Source of the DNA: Candidatus Pacearchaeota archaeon
Lineage (GTDB): Archaea > Nanobdellota > Nanobdellia > Pacearchaeales > GW2011-AR1
DNA: 49,233 nt
Direction of reading: 5' to 3'
NCBI GenBank assembly: GCA_018304165.1
Contig: JAGVWS010000011.1
Location: forward strand, 1-49,233
The notes below the pieces were generated by a model. The model was not told where the DNA came from, searched no databases, and saw only the letters and a list, made by a program, of their open reading frames with translations. Of the stretch, positions 20,087-29,690 are shown in pieces (position 1 is the first letter of the stretch; each line of letters begins with the position of its first letter). A program made the translations under genes and the position numbers.

Positions 20087-20179
20087 ATCATCTCATTCAT
20101 GGAACTTGGTATAAATAGATATTCGTGATGAAAAATATGTTAGATTTTTTATAACATCCGTTATGGTTAAAGTTTAATA

Positions 20180-21454
20180 TCAGACTTCATGGAATTTTTT
20201 TCCATGGCTGTTGCTGAAGAATACTACAAAGAGAGCCCATGCCAGGAAAGTTGCAGCAGCTGCTATTAACGTGGGAAGCTCTGCATGAACTGCTACTACA
20301 AAGCCTGCTATTACAGGAGGAATAGCTTGTGCGAGAGACTGCATTGACTGGTTAATTCCGAGAATCTCCCCCTGCGAGTCTTCCCTGCCAAGGTTTGATA
20401 TGATCGCGTTGTAGCTTGGCATTGTCAATCCGGTGAAGATAGCTGTCAGTGGAGCTATGAAGTAAAGAGTTATTGATTTCTTTGGCATGGTGATGAGGAA
20501 GAGTGAAATTGCCAGCGCTATTAAAGATGTGCGGAGAATTTTTTCTGCAGAATATCTCCTGGAAACAGGGCGTATTATAAAAATCTGAGTCAGAACAATC
20601 CACATCCCAAGGTAAGCCAGAAGGTAGCCTATAAGAGATTCATTGTAATTGAATTTCTCTATAAGGAACACCGGAAGGAAGTAAATAAAGAAAGCGAACC
20701 CCAGCATTATAAGGAAAACGACTGAAAACATTGTTCTTAAGTTTGGCATTCTAAACGCTTTTCTTATATTCCTGAATCCTGCAAAGAAGCTTAATGGAGT
20801 TTCAATTCTTTTTTTGAGGGTTTCCGGGAAGAATTTGATAAGGAGAAGCATGTTTGCGAATGTGAGGATGGCAGCGAATAGGAATGGAGTTGAATGACTG
20901 AACCAGCTTACTAAATTGCTGTTGGAGAGAACGCCGCCTATAACCGGCCCAAGTATCAGCCCTGCTCCGTAAGCAGCTCCTACCAGGCCAAAATTCTTTG
21001 TCTTTGAATTCTTGTTGCTTACATCCGCAATTGCCGAGAGAGCTACAGATATATTCCCTCCGGTAAATCCATCAATTAACCTGCTTGCAAAGAGAATAGC
21101 AAGGCTTCCAAATATTAATCCGGTGCTGAACATCACATATCCTATCAGGCTTCCCGCCATTGACAGGAATAATATTTTTTTTCTTCCATATTTGTCAGAT
21201 AATGCCCCGAAAATTGGAGCTCCAAAGAACTGCGCTAGGGGATAACTGCTTAAAAGAAATCCCAGGAGAATTGTTCTTGTGCTGCTGGAGACATCTGCTG
21301 CGAGAATAGTAGTTGATTTGTCAAGGAAAATTGGAGCGAGCACAGGAATCATTATAGTCATTCCAAGAATGTCAAGGAACACAATAAGGATTATCGGAAC
21401 TAAAGCGGATTTTAACCTGCCTTGCGGGATGTTTCTGCCTGTTTCTCTAAGCAT
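20180..21454 (-). CDS. MFS transporter, TetA/DHA1-like drug:H+ antiporter
   Basis: About 12 TM; motif A GALSDKYGRK, R.IDG.TGGN, motif C G..LGPVIGG. Confidence 0.9.
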   Translation of the reverse strand: MLRETGRNIPQGRLKSALVPIILIVFLDILGMTIMIPVLAPIFLDKSTTILAADVSSSTRTILLGFLLSSYPLAQFFGAPIFGALSDKYGRKKILFLSMAGSLIGYVMFSTGLIFGSLAILFASRLIDGFTGGNISVALSAIADVSNKNSKTKNFGLVGAAYGAGLILGPVIGGVLSNSNLVSWFSHSTPFLFAAILTFANMLLLIKFFPETLKKRIETPLSFFAGFRNIRKAFRMPNLRTMFSVVFLIMLGFAFFIYFLPVFLIEKFNYNESLIGYLLAYLGMWIVLTQIFIIRPVSRRYSAEKILRTSLIALAISLFLITMPKKSITLYFIAPLTAIFTGLTMPSYNAIISNLGREDSQGEILGINQSMQSLAQAIPPVIAGFVVAVHAELPTLIAAAATFLAWALFVVFFSNSHGKKFHEV

Positions 21455-21483
21455 TATGATAATAATTTGTCGGGGTTTAAAAA

Positions 21484-21529
21484 TATAGCATATGACTTAA
21501 CAAATTGAGCAGATTTGTCATATGATATA
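21484..21529. repeat. Family-B TA-flanked hairpin element
   Basis: TATAGCATATGAC-20nt-GTCATATGATATA; reverse complement resembles 35519-35563. Confidence 0.65.
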
Positions 21530-21682
21530 TTCAGAAAACCTAAATTACTTTGCTCAGCTATTAAGGTTTTACGTTATATATGAGTTTATGTGGCCAGGCT
21601 GGAAAGAGCAAAGCTTCCTTTGAGGAAGGAAGCTTTATAAAGGGCCTCTCATAAGGAAAGTTTGAGATGATTTTGCCGTAAA

Positions 21683-22519
21683 ATGAATGGAATAAATGTT
21701 AATGAACTCACTGTAAAGATAAAGCAGAAGAGAACTTTAAGATCTCTTCCGGATTTCTTTGTAAGAAAAGAAATAGCGGAATATTTAGGGAAGCATCCTG
21801 ATGCAGGGTGGAGGGAAGTGTTCAAATTTGTAAGAAGGAAGCTTCACGAGTCCTATGGCGCTTTTCAGACCCGAAGGAAGAAAAAGAGATATCTCTATTT
21901 AGAAGAGCTTGAGATTGTTAAAGAAGAGAATGGAGATAAGATAACAAGAGACGGGGTGGTAGAGGAGATAAGGGAGAGAATTCTTAGGACGAGCGTTTCT
22001 TCAAGAGAGAGGCTTGAAGCAGATTACAAAAATCTCTATTCGCAGATAAGAAGTGTTGTTGGGAAATTTCATTCAATAATGGATCTTGGGAGCGGAATAA
22101 ATCCTGTTTCCTTTGAGCCTGTAGAATTCAGGGACGTGAAGATATACTCTTATGACATTGACAAGAATGACACGGCTTTTCTGAATGATTACTTTAAGGT
22201 TATGGATTTGGACGGAGAGGCAAGGGTATTGGATATTCATGACCTTGATAGAGTCGGAAAGCTTCCGCAGGTTGATGTCTGCCTTCTGTTTAAAGTAATT
22301 GATCCTCTGGAGAGAAGGGGGCATGAATTCTCGGAGATGCTTATAGAAAGAATCCGCGCGAAGTATATCATAGTGAGCTTTGCAACCAAGACCATAACAA
22401 GAAGAGCAATGAACCATCCCCAAAGAGGATGGTTTGAAAGGATGGTAACAAGGCTTGGAATGAAATTCAAGACAATAAGAACGAAGAATGAGATTTATTA
22501 TTTGGTGAAGAAAACTTAA
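21683..22519 (+). CDS. ArmA/Rmt (FmrO)-like 16S rRNA m7G1405 methyltransferase homolog
   Basis: SVSSRERL, DLGSGINPVS, YDID, DVCLLFKVIDPLE, IVSFATKTI, NEIYY match the order of Arm/Rmt family motifs. Confidence 0.75.
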   Translation: MNGINVNELTVKIKQKRTLRSLPDFFVRKEIAEYLGKHPDAGWREVFKFVRRKLHESYGAFQTRRKKKRYLYLEELEIVKEENGDKITRDGVVEEIRERILRTSVSSRERLEADYKNLYSQIRSVVGKFHSIMDLGSGINPVSFEPVEFRDVKIYSYDIDKNDTAFLNDYFKVMDLDGEARVLDIHDLDRVGKLPQVDVCLLFKVIDPLERRGHEFSEMLIERIRAKYIIVSFATKTITRRAMNHPQRGWFERMVTRLGMKFKTIRTKNEIYYLVKKT

Positions 22520-22570
22520 AAGATTAATGCAGGAACAGAATTTAAAAACATCTGTGTACTTCTTTAAATT

Positions 22571-23155
22571 ATGGATTACAACTCTGAAAAAAGAGAGATA
22601 AAGCTTGACAAGGAATTAAGCAGGCTTGACAAATTGGTGTTAAGGTTTCTCGATGTAATAAAGAAGCATGTCGATTATGTTATCATTTCAGGATATATCT
22701 CCATACTCTTCGGCAGAAGCAGAGCAACAGAGGATGTCGACATATTCATAAAGCCATTAACTTATGACGAGTTTGCTGGATTATATAAAAACCTAAAAAT
22801 GCATGGATTTTGGTGCCTCAACGCCGAAAATCCAGAAGAGATATATAATTACCTTAAAAATTACGAAGCGGCTCGGTTTGCTGAAGAGGGAATGTCAATA
22901 CCTAATTTTGAGATGAAATTCCCAAAAAGAGAAATTGACAAAGAAACTTTCACTGATGATTCAATAAATGTAATCATGCCTGAAGGCACAATAAAGATTT
23001 CTTCATTAGAAAGGCAGGTAGCCTTTAAAAAGTATTATCTTAAGTCAGACAAGGATTTGGAAGATGCCAGACACATTGAAGAAGTCTTTAAGGGAAAGAT
23101 TGATTACGATAAAATTAATAAACTTAAAGTAATTATTGATAATATATGGCCGTAA
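22571..23155 (+). CDS. Nucleotidyltransferase-fold protein
   Basis: YVIISGY...GRSRATEDVD, K....SDKDLEDA. Confidence 0.7.
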   Translation: MDYNSEKREIKLDKELSRLDKLVLRFLDVIKKHVDYVIISGYISILFGRSRATEDVDIFIKPLTYDEFAGLYKNLKMHGFWCLNAENPEEIYNYLKNYEAARFAEEGMSIPNFEMKFPKREIDKETFTDDSINVIMPEGTIKISSLERQVAFKKYYLKSDKDLEDARHIEEVFKGKIDYDKINKLKVIIDNIWP

Positions 23156-23343
23156 TTAAAGAAGAGGGCGCTAAGGAAGAGAAAGAAAGAAGAGTATTTA
23201 TGAAGCCCGGAAAAGACAACCGCGAAGATCGCATGAACTTTGTTAAGTACTGGGCTGAATATGTTAGAACTCATAGCGATAAGGAATGGAGCAGACAGCA
23301 GAATATCGTTATTGACTCGCAATACCCAAAACTGAAAGACTGA
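23146..23343 (+). CDS. Small partner protein of the upstream NTase (TA-like pair)
   Basis: Coupled ORF, RMNFVKYWAEYV...WSRQQN; true start may be 23200. Confidence 0.6.
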   Translation: MAVIKEEGAKEEKERRVFMKPGKDNREDRMNFVKYWAEYVRTHSDKEWSRQQNIVIDSQYPKLKD

Positions 23344-23519
23344 AAACTCTCTCAGTAATAAATAATGAATAGAGTTATCTTCTAAGAATAATAAATAAAA
23401 CCATGAATGAAGAATTAACTGCTGTAATTAAAGAGTCAATGATAGCATAGAATGAGTTTTTAAAAATAAGTTCCGACCAAAGAATGATGAAGAGGAAAAG
23501 AAAGAACAGGAAGAGTTAC

Positions 23520-23996
23520 TCACCTCCCATAATTAGCCATGCGCCAATTAACATACTTGTTCTGCGATCTATTAAGGAATCTTAGCACGTATTCATTTTC
23601 TGAAAATACTCCAAAATCATGCGCCTTTTTAGGGTCTGTTCCATCGGTAATCATCAATGCTTCCGCAACCTCATGAGCCACTATTGGTCCTCTAAATAAT
23701 ACAGGGACAACGTCACCCATGAATATAACTACTTCTGCAAGAAAGTATCTCTCAAGCTTTTCAGAATATTCTTCATTTGCAGGAAATATCCTGAAGAAAG
23801 TGTCTCTTGATTTAGGACAAATATTTGTCCGCAAATAAAGTCCTCTATGTGCGAGTATTAAAGAATCACCAACATCATCAATTTTATCAATAACTCTAAC
23901 TCTGTCCAATTCTCTAAAGAAGTAATCATCAATGCAATCTTTGAATAAGGGCTTTCCCGAATGCTCGCGAAAACCCGCTGATAGAATAGGTTTCAT
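23520..23996 (-). CDS. Hypothetical protein with HExxE motif (start likely 23996)
   Basis: VP.LFR..IVAHEVAE...AH; AGGAG RBS; last gene of the operon. Confidence 0.65.
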   Translation of the reverse strand: MKPILSAGFREHSGKPLFKDCIDDYFFRELDRVRVIDKIDDVGDSLILAHRGLYLRTNICPKSRDTFFRIFPANEEYSEKLERYFLAEVVIFMGDVVPVLFRGPIVAHEVAEALMITDGTDPKKAHDFGVFSENEYVLRFLNRSQNKYVNWRMANYGR

Positions 23997-24009
23997 GTAG
24001 CTGAAACTC

Positions 24010-24660
24010 CTATTTCTTCTTCTCAACAGCCTTTCTGACTTTGGACGGCGCTTGAGCCATCATCATCCATGAATCAATGCTCTTGCCGTTGTAAATTGCG
24101 TTAAGCATTTGAGTAACATAGCCAAAACTTGAAGGGTCTGCCTGAAGCCCGGAAACAAGGGCTTGCCTTTCTTCAGCCGTCGCTGTTCTGTAATAATCTA
24201 CTTCTTCGGCGAGAATATCGATAAGCTGCATCACGCCATCGGCTCTTTCTTCAGGCGTTGGAGAATAAACTCTTGCCTTAATAACTAAATGACCTTTCTC
24301 TTCAAGAGTTGCTTCTATAATCCTTGCAGCCCTTCTCAAATCTCTAACGGCTTCTTCTAATCCTGTTAAAGATTCGCCCATTACAGCCCTTCTCAAATCC
24401 TCATTGCGCTGATTGTCGGGATGATTCTCAATATTGAAGCATTCTAATCCGGTAAGCTCATAAAGAATTTTTTTGTTACGCCAGGAAACTTTGCTCAAAT
24501 CTTTAATTCTTCCGGTACGATAATCATAAAAAGTTCCGCTATGCAGTCCGATTTTTTCAATATCGGAAACTTTCTTCCCGCTCTTAGAGAACCACTCGTT
24601 TAATTTTTGGTTCCAGGATTTAGAATACTCCGGAGTGCAATGAACTAAAGAGTCAGTCAT
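24010..24660 (-). CDS. Hypothetical protein with N-terminal HTH(XRE)-like region and coiled coil
   Basis: KKVSDIEKIGLHSGTFYDYRTGRI; ATGA-coupled. Confidence 0.65.
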   Translation of the reverse strand: MTDSLVHCTPEYSKSWNQKLNEWFSKSGKKVSDIEKIGLHSGTFYDYRTGRIKDLSKVSWRNKKILYELTGLECFNIENHPDNQRNEDLRRAVMGESLTGLEEAVRDLRRAARIIEATLEEKGHLVIKARVYSPTPEERADGVMQLIDILAEEVDYYRTATAEERQALVSGLQADPSSFGYVTQMLNAIYNGKSIDSWMMMAQAPSKVRKAVEKKK

Positions 24661-25691
24661 AATATTCTCCCTTCAGAATGTTTATCCTTATCTGGATTGT
24701 CAGATTTCTTATCGGCTTGCAGCGTTCCTGTTATTTCATCAAGAGCTCTGCGAAGCTGGTTCTGGTAATGCTTCTCAAAATCAGAAATTTTAGATTCATC
24801 AACATCACGGAATCTTGCCTTAATTGTTTCTAAATTCCATCCTCTATACCTGGCCTGGCAATATTGGTATTGAGTAAGCCTTGGAAGAGGCCTCTTTCTT
24901 TCCTTATCTTCTGATTGTTTTTCTGATGTTTCATCAGCTCCGACGCTTCTCAGTTTCAATACATATTTTTCATAATTCAGGCGGAATCCTAAGAATCTGT
25001 GATTCTTGTAATCAATAGAAAACTTCTGCTTTATTTCTTCATCAGACTTTCCGCTCTCTCTAAGCGAGCAATAAAGGCTATAATTCAAACCAGGAGTGAC
25101 GAATTTTTTTCTTGGTTTTGATTCTTCTTGGCTTGGTTGAGAAATTTGTGCTGGTTTTGAACTTGATATTGACTTTACTGATTCAATTGATTCACGTGCC
25201 TTTCTTCTAGAATAAGCCCTGGAATAAGGACCTATCTGCCTGGGCTTCAAGGGTTTGAACATAGCTTTTGCCTCTTCATGAGTCTTGCCGGAATTCCTAG
25301 CCCCACAATAAGCCTCATAAGTAAGAACTGGACGATTATCTGGCAAGTGAACAATGGCTTTCTCGTGTTCCGGCGTTTCACTTATTGAAGGAGTTGCAAC
25401 AGCCGCCTCAACGCCTGACGAACCTGACGAACTTGATGACGGCGCGGGAATTTCCTCAACAACTTCCTCCAAATCACCAAACTTAATTCCAATGGTTATC
25501 CTGCTATTGATTGTCTTTTCAAAAGCATCAATATCTGCAAGTTTTCCAGAATCATAAGCTTCATTAGCAACGAAGGATAAATAATTTTCAAGTTTTGCTA
25601 AGCCAACGACTCTGGCTCTCGCTAGCAACATTCCAACATAGTACTTCTTTCTCTCATCAAGAATCTCACGCAAAGATTTATCGGAGGTCAT
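24657..25691 (-). CDS. Hypothetical protein with three internal repeats (start likely MTSDK at 25691)
   Basis: Three P.L.Y/Q..YC..R..G....I/AK..F units separated by low-complexity linkers. Confidence 0.75.
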   Translation of the reverse strand: MTSDKSLREILDERKKYYVGMLLARARVVGLAKLENYLSFVANEAYDSGKLADIDAFEKTINSRITIGIKFGDLEEVVEEIPAPSSSSSGSSGVEAAVATPSISETPEHEKAIVHLPDNRPVLTYEAYCGARNSGKTHEEAKAMFKPLKPRQIGPYSRAYSRRKARESIESVKSISSSKPAQISQPSQEESKPRKKFVTPGLNYSLYCSLRESGKSDEEIKQKFSIDYKNHRFLGFRLNYEKYVLKLRSVGADETSEKQSEDKERKRPLPRLTQYQYCQARYRGWNLETIKARFRDVDESKISDFEKHYQNQLRRALDEITGTLQADKKSDNPDKDKHSEGRIL

Positions 25692-26188
25692 TCTAAGCCC
25701 CCCAGAGAGCATAATTCATCCAGATGCTTAAAACTCTCACGAAAACCAGCTATATCTATAGGTTTGTAGTTATGCTCCTCGGCGTATTTTACTAAGTCCC
25801 TGAAGAAATCACGACGGAAAGGAAGATATCTGCGTTTTAATTCTTCCGGAACGGCTCTTAATTCATAATCAAGAGCTCCTAAGCAAGGGCATATTCTTCC
25901 TTGTAAAGATAATTCTAATTGTTCATGAAGAATGGGGTAGGGCCTGAATTCTTCCGGAGTTTCTTCTGATACACCATAAACGCCATTGATTATATCCTTG
26001 GAATCATCTTCAACGGCGCACTGCCAAACAAAATTAGGAAGTTCCGGACAAATGCTCTTAGGCATAACAAAGTAAGCCAGCCTTATCTCTACAGAATCAG
26101 ACTTTACAAATTTTTCTTCTTTAGGAAATCCCTGACTCTCAGCCCATTCACGAGCCAATTCAAAATCTCTCTCGCTGAATGTTTTCAT
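25688..26188 (-). CDS. Hypothetical protein with HExxE motif
   Basis: GVSEETPEEFRPYPILHEQLE; ATGA-coupled. Confidence 0.7.
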   Translation of the reverse strand: MKTFSERDFELAREWAESQGFPKEEKFVKSDSVEIRLAYFVMPKSICPELPNFVWQCAVEDDSKDIINGVYGVSEETPEEFRPYPILHEQLELSLQGRICPCLGALDYELRAVPEELKRRYLPFRRDFFRDLVKYAEEHNYKPIDIAGFRESFKHLDELCSLGGLE

Positions 26189-27804
26189 TTTATCCCCAGC
26201 CTGTTTAATGTGTGAAAGCGGAGAAATTCTGCTTTCTCTAAAGCTTCCCTGACGGAGTCAGAAGTAGTGCCAACTAATTTTCCCTGCCTTTCATTATTGC
26301 GAATCTCATAACTGGCAGCTTCTTTAGCAACTAACTCTACAATGTATCTCAGGAAAGAAGTCTTGTCAGAAGCATTCTGCCTGTTCTTATAATCAGAGTG
26401 AGCAGAATTGAGATAAATAATGGGAGTGCCTAACTGGTCTTCTAATTTGCTTCTAAGATGAGCGTCGCTAATTTGGAAATCAATTGGCTGGGGCTGGCCG
26501 AAAGGAACTGGGCCTCTTGGAACAACTCTCTCCTCAAAACCAGACTCGTCCTCAACAAAAGTTCCGGGGCCAGGATGCTTTCCGGATGGAGTTTTTGGAC
26601 CTCTTCTTCCCCCACCGCCTCCTGATTCAACGGGCTGAGCGCCAATGACTCTGACTAATTCTCCTTCGCCAGACCTTGTTAGGGAGCCTCCCAAACCAAG
26701 CTTCCTTAATTCTTTGAAAGCGTCCTGCATCGCTTCATAAGCCTTTTTAATCTCAATAGTGCTGCTTCTTTGACTGCCTTTCTTTGATAGTTCCGCAACT
26801 ATAGGCCTTAATTTATCCTCAATCTCCTTGATAGTTTCAAACCAGGCTCTATAAGTGCGGCTGTTCTTATCAATGGCATCTCTTCCAAGAACAAGCCTGT
26901 TGAAACGGTCATTGATAAAACCGCTTACTTTACCGGAATTCCAGACAAGATTGCTTTCTAATTCTGACAATTGAGTTAAGGAATCATAAACCAAAACATC
27001 TTTAGAATAAACAGCGACGGCATCGCCAATCGAGTCAGGATTCAGGAATAATACAACTTCCAAACCTCCGGGAGTTTCTTCGTTCTTAATTGGGACTCTC
27101 AAAACTTCGTCCATGAAAGGAGCAGAAGAACCAATTAAGTAGTTAGCTGCCTCAACAGGAGAAACTAATCTTCTCCTGCCATCATCCCTTCCAACGCTCA
27201 TATTAACAATGCCGCTGCGAAGAGCGGGAGCGTATAATTTTTGAAGCCACTTCTTCAAAGCAGGAGTAGTCAAAACTTTCTCCATGACGTGGTCGCCAAT
27301 CTGGTCAACGATTACTCTTGTTCCGTGCTTGAAAACGCCGCCAAAGCATTGCTCAACATCAGAAGCACTAAGCCTGTCAGTCCTGAACTTAACGCCATTC
27401 TTGCCTAATTCCCATCTAACATAAGAATAACCGGCATTGATAGGACCATCATAAGCTCTGGAGATAACATGCATCACTTCTCCAAGAGAGCCAAAGCCGA
27501 GAATTCCCATGCCCTTCTCCCCGCGCTGGTCAGTTCTTTCCCTCTTATCAGAATAACCAACACTAAGGGGAAGACTGAAGAGTTTGTTCTCAGTCATTCC
27601 TCTCCCATTATCAGAAATAATTAATCTTCTCTGAGGGGGAGCAGAAATAACAGAGATATCCTCTATCTGTCCGGAAACTCTGGCATCAAGGCTGTTAGTA
27701 ACGAATTCCCTGATAGAATTCTTCTCATTATAAGCCCTTGAAAGTTCAACAATGGCATAACCCTGCCCCTGACCATGAAACTGAACCATGCCTTCGGAAG
27801 TCAT
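26185..27804 (-). CDS. MORC-like GHKL ATPase without recognisable nuclease domain
   Basis: REFVTNSLDA, ISDNGRGM, GEKGMG, GTRV boxes; S5-like domain; Gly-rich linker; C-terminal IYLNSAHSDY domain. Confidence 0.85.
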   Translation of the reverse strand: MTSEGMVQFHGQGQGYAIVELSRAYNEKNSIREFVTNSLDARVSGQIEDISVISAPPQRRLIISDNGRGMTENKLFSLPLSVGYSDKRERTDQRGEKGMGILGFGSLGEVMHVISRAYDGPINAGYSYVRWELGKNGVKFRTDRLSASDVEQCFGGVFKHGTRVIVDQIGDHVMEKVLTTPALKKWLQKLYAPALRSGIVNMSVGRDDGRRRLVSPVEAANYLIGSSAPFMDEVLRVPIKNEETPGGLEVVLFLNPDSIGDAVAVYSKDVLVYDSLTQLSELESNLVWNSGKVSGFINDRFNRLVLGRDAIDKNSRTYRAWFETIKEIEDKLRPIVAELSKKGSQRSSTIEIKKAYEAMQDAFKELRKLGLGGSLTRSGEGELVRVIGAQPVESGGGGGRRGPKTPSGKHPGPGTFVEDESGFEERVVPRGPVPFGQPQPIDFQISDAHLRSKLEDQLGTPIIYLNSAHSDYKNRQNASDKTSFLRYIVELVAKEAASYEIRNNERQGKLVGTTSDSVREALEKAEFLRFHTLNRLGIK

Positions 27805-28400
27805 AACAAAACCCTCCCTGATTTAGGCAATGATAGAGCAACTTCTAGGTGAGGAGTTGCAAGAATTGGATTTGGGAAGTCTTTGTTTAATTCATCCAAA
27901 GAACTTCTAATTGCTAAAGGATTCCTTGCAGCAATAGCTTCTAAGCAATCGTCATCAGTTAAAAGTCTTCTAACAGTATCAACAGATTTAGGAATATCAA
28001 AGGCATAACCTGCTTCTTCAGCAGTTCTGCCAGTATAATCACTAGGACCTCTGTAAAAAATGCTGAATCGTGCAACTAACAAACCATCATTCATAGCGTC
28101 CATAACAATGTCCTCCATTTCAGAAACAGCGCCAGCAATGTACAAGTCAGGAATGAAATTACGATCGCCGGAGAGTTCAGAGTTCATACCTCTAGCAGTA
28201 AGAGCGACAACTCTTCCATTAGGAGAAACAAGCCTTCTAGTACTACTCAAAGTTACTTGTTCCTGACCAAAAGCCAGTGACTGAATAATGGCTTTTGTTG
28301 GACCACATGCCATAACTACATCTTCAAAAGAGTAAGTCAAATAAGGAGTCTTGAGATCAACGACCAAGAATGGTGCTTGATGAACAGATTGAGAAGTCAT
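27801..28400 (-). CDS. Hypothetical protein
   Basis: 199 aa ORF, ATGA-coupled on both sides. Confidence 0.75.
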   Translation of the reverse strand: MTSQSVHQAPFLVVDLKTPYLTYSFEDVVMACGPTKAIIQSLAFGQEQVTLSSTRRLVSPNGRVVALTARGMNSELSGDRNFIPDLYIAGAVSEMEDIVMDAMNDGLLVARFSIFYRGPSDYTGRTAEEAGYAFDIPKSVDTVRRLLTDDDCLEAIAARNPLAIRSSLDELNKDFPNPILATPHLEVALSLPKSGRVLL

Positions 28401-28732
28401 CTTCTTTCAGCCTCCTTTCTTATCCTTTCTATCTTCTCTCTTATTGGCCTAATTCTCTCATAAAAATCCTCAACTTTATCAAAATCTTCTTTGTTTCTTA
28501 TTTCATCATAATGTTTTTCGCACTCTTCAAGTGTTAAGTCAACATCAACACCATCGCTATAACTTGGTCCAGCTTGAGACAAAGTAATATCTTTCTGAGA
28601 GTATAACAAAAGATATTTTGTCTTTCCAAGATCTAAGATATCACTCACCCAGCTATGTATCTCTAATCTCTCTTCTAATTGTCCTTTGTTAAACTCGCTT
28701 GGCTCAAGGATTTTTGATTTTAAGATTTTCAT
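28397..28732 (-). CDS. Hypothetical protein
   Basis: 111 aa ORF, ATGA-coupled, GGAGG RBS. Confidence 0.7.
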   Translation of the reverse strand: MKILKSKILEPSEFNKGQLEERLEIHSWVSDILDLGKTKYLLLYSQKDITLSQAGPSYSDGVDVDLTLEECEKHYDEIRNKEDFDKVEDFYERIRPIREKIERIRKEAERR

Positions 28733-29532
28733 TCTAACTTTCCTCCCAATTCTTTCACTAATTTTTCCAGTCTCTCGGCAACTCTTGAGCGATGAGCAAA
28801 GTTATCCTTTGACATGGCGGCGATTCTTCTGAGAAATTCTTTCTCGCTAAGCCCTGCATACTTTCCTGTAGATGGAGAATCATCGCTCGTTCTCTGGCGC
28901 TGCTCATAAAATCTTCCCATGTTATCCATTAAGAAGTAACTTCCGGCATCAACACTCATTTCAATAACGTCAGGAAAAGTGTTCCATCTAAGAACAATGC
29001 ATTTATCATGATTGTCATGCCTTGCAGCTCTGTGAATCCTTGATTCTGTAGTGTTGGGAAAAATACCTCCGACTAATTCAATAATCTTTGGAATGGCAGA
29101 CCATATTCTTCTAAGACTGGCGTCATCTCCAACAACGGCCTTGATTTCGGCCTCTGCTCTCTTTCTTTCAATGCCCCGCTCATATTCAGTTCTGATGTTA
29201 TAAAAAGAATCAGAGTTAGTTATGCGAGCGAATAATGCCTGCGCCTCTTCAAGAGTCAGACCCTCTCTAAGTCCTAAGTAAGACTTAATGCTTTCAATAG
29301 TATCTGACGGGGCGAAGATTCTCTCTCCCTCATCATTCCTTCTGGTCAGGTATTCTCTTGCAGTATACACTAAATGGCAGCTGTTTTCTCTTGGCTTGTC
29401 TTCAGCATCTTTCCATGCCCTTATTTCAAGGCTTTCAAGAAGCCCAAGCTGCCTTGAAGCGACGAGCGCTGTCCTCTCATCGTCTTTCTCCTGCTGGTAT
29501 GTCTTAGTTGTTTCGGCGTTTGTTTCAGCCAT
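28729..29532 (-). CDS. Hypothetical protein, first gene of the MORC operon
   Basis: 267 aa ORF divergent from the AbrB-PhoU gene. Confidence 0.75.
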   Translation of the reverse strand: MAETNAETTKTYQQEKDDERTALVASRQLGLLESLEIRAWKDAEDKPRENSCHLVYTAREYLTRRNDEGERIFAPSDTIESIKSYLGLREGLTLEEAQALFARITNSDSFYNIRTEYERGIERKRAEAEIKAVVGDDASLRRIWSAIPKIIELVGGIFPNTTESRIHRAARHDNHDKCIVLRWNTFPDVIEMSVDAGSYFLMDNMGRFYEQRQRTSDDSPSTGKYAGLSEKEFLRRIAAMSKDNFAHRSRVAERLEKLVKELGGKLE

Positions 29533-29690
29533 AGTGCATTGTTTTGTATTTCTTTAATAGTAACATATAATAACATATTTGATTTTAATATCTAACTGAT
29601 ATTATTGATATGAGTGATATTAAAAAGCGAAAGAGTTAAAAACCGTAAAGGATTACCCTTAACAGGTCAACCCAGACTAAATAAAGAAAA

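Noticed and set aside
21592-21614. SRP RNA helix-8-like motif CAGG-CT-GGAA-AG-AGCA
   Set aside because: The apical stem is only 2 bp, and I cannot build the long closing helix or other SRP helices around it
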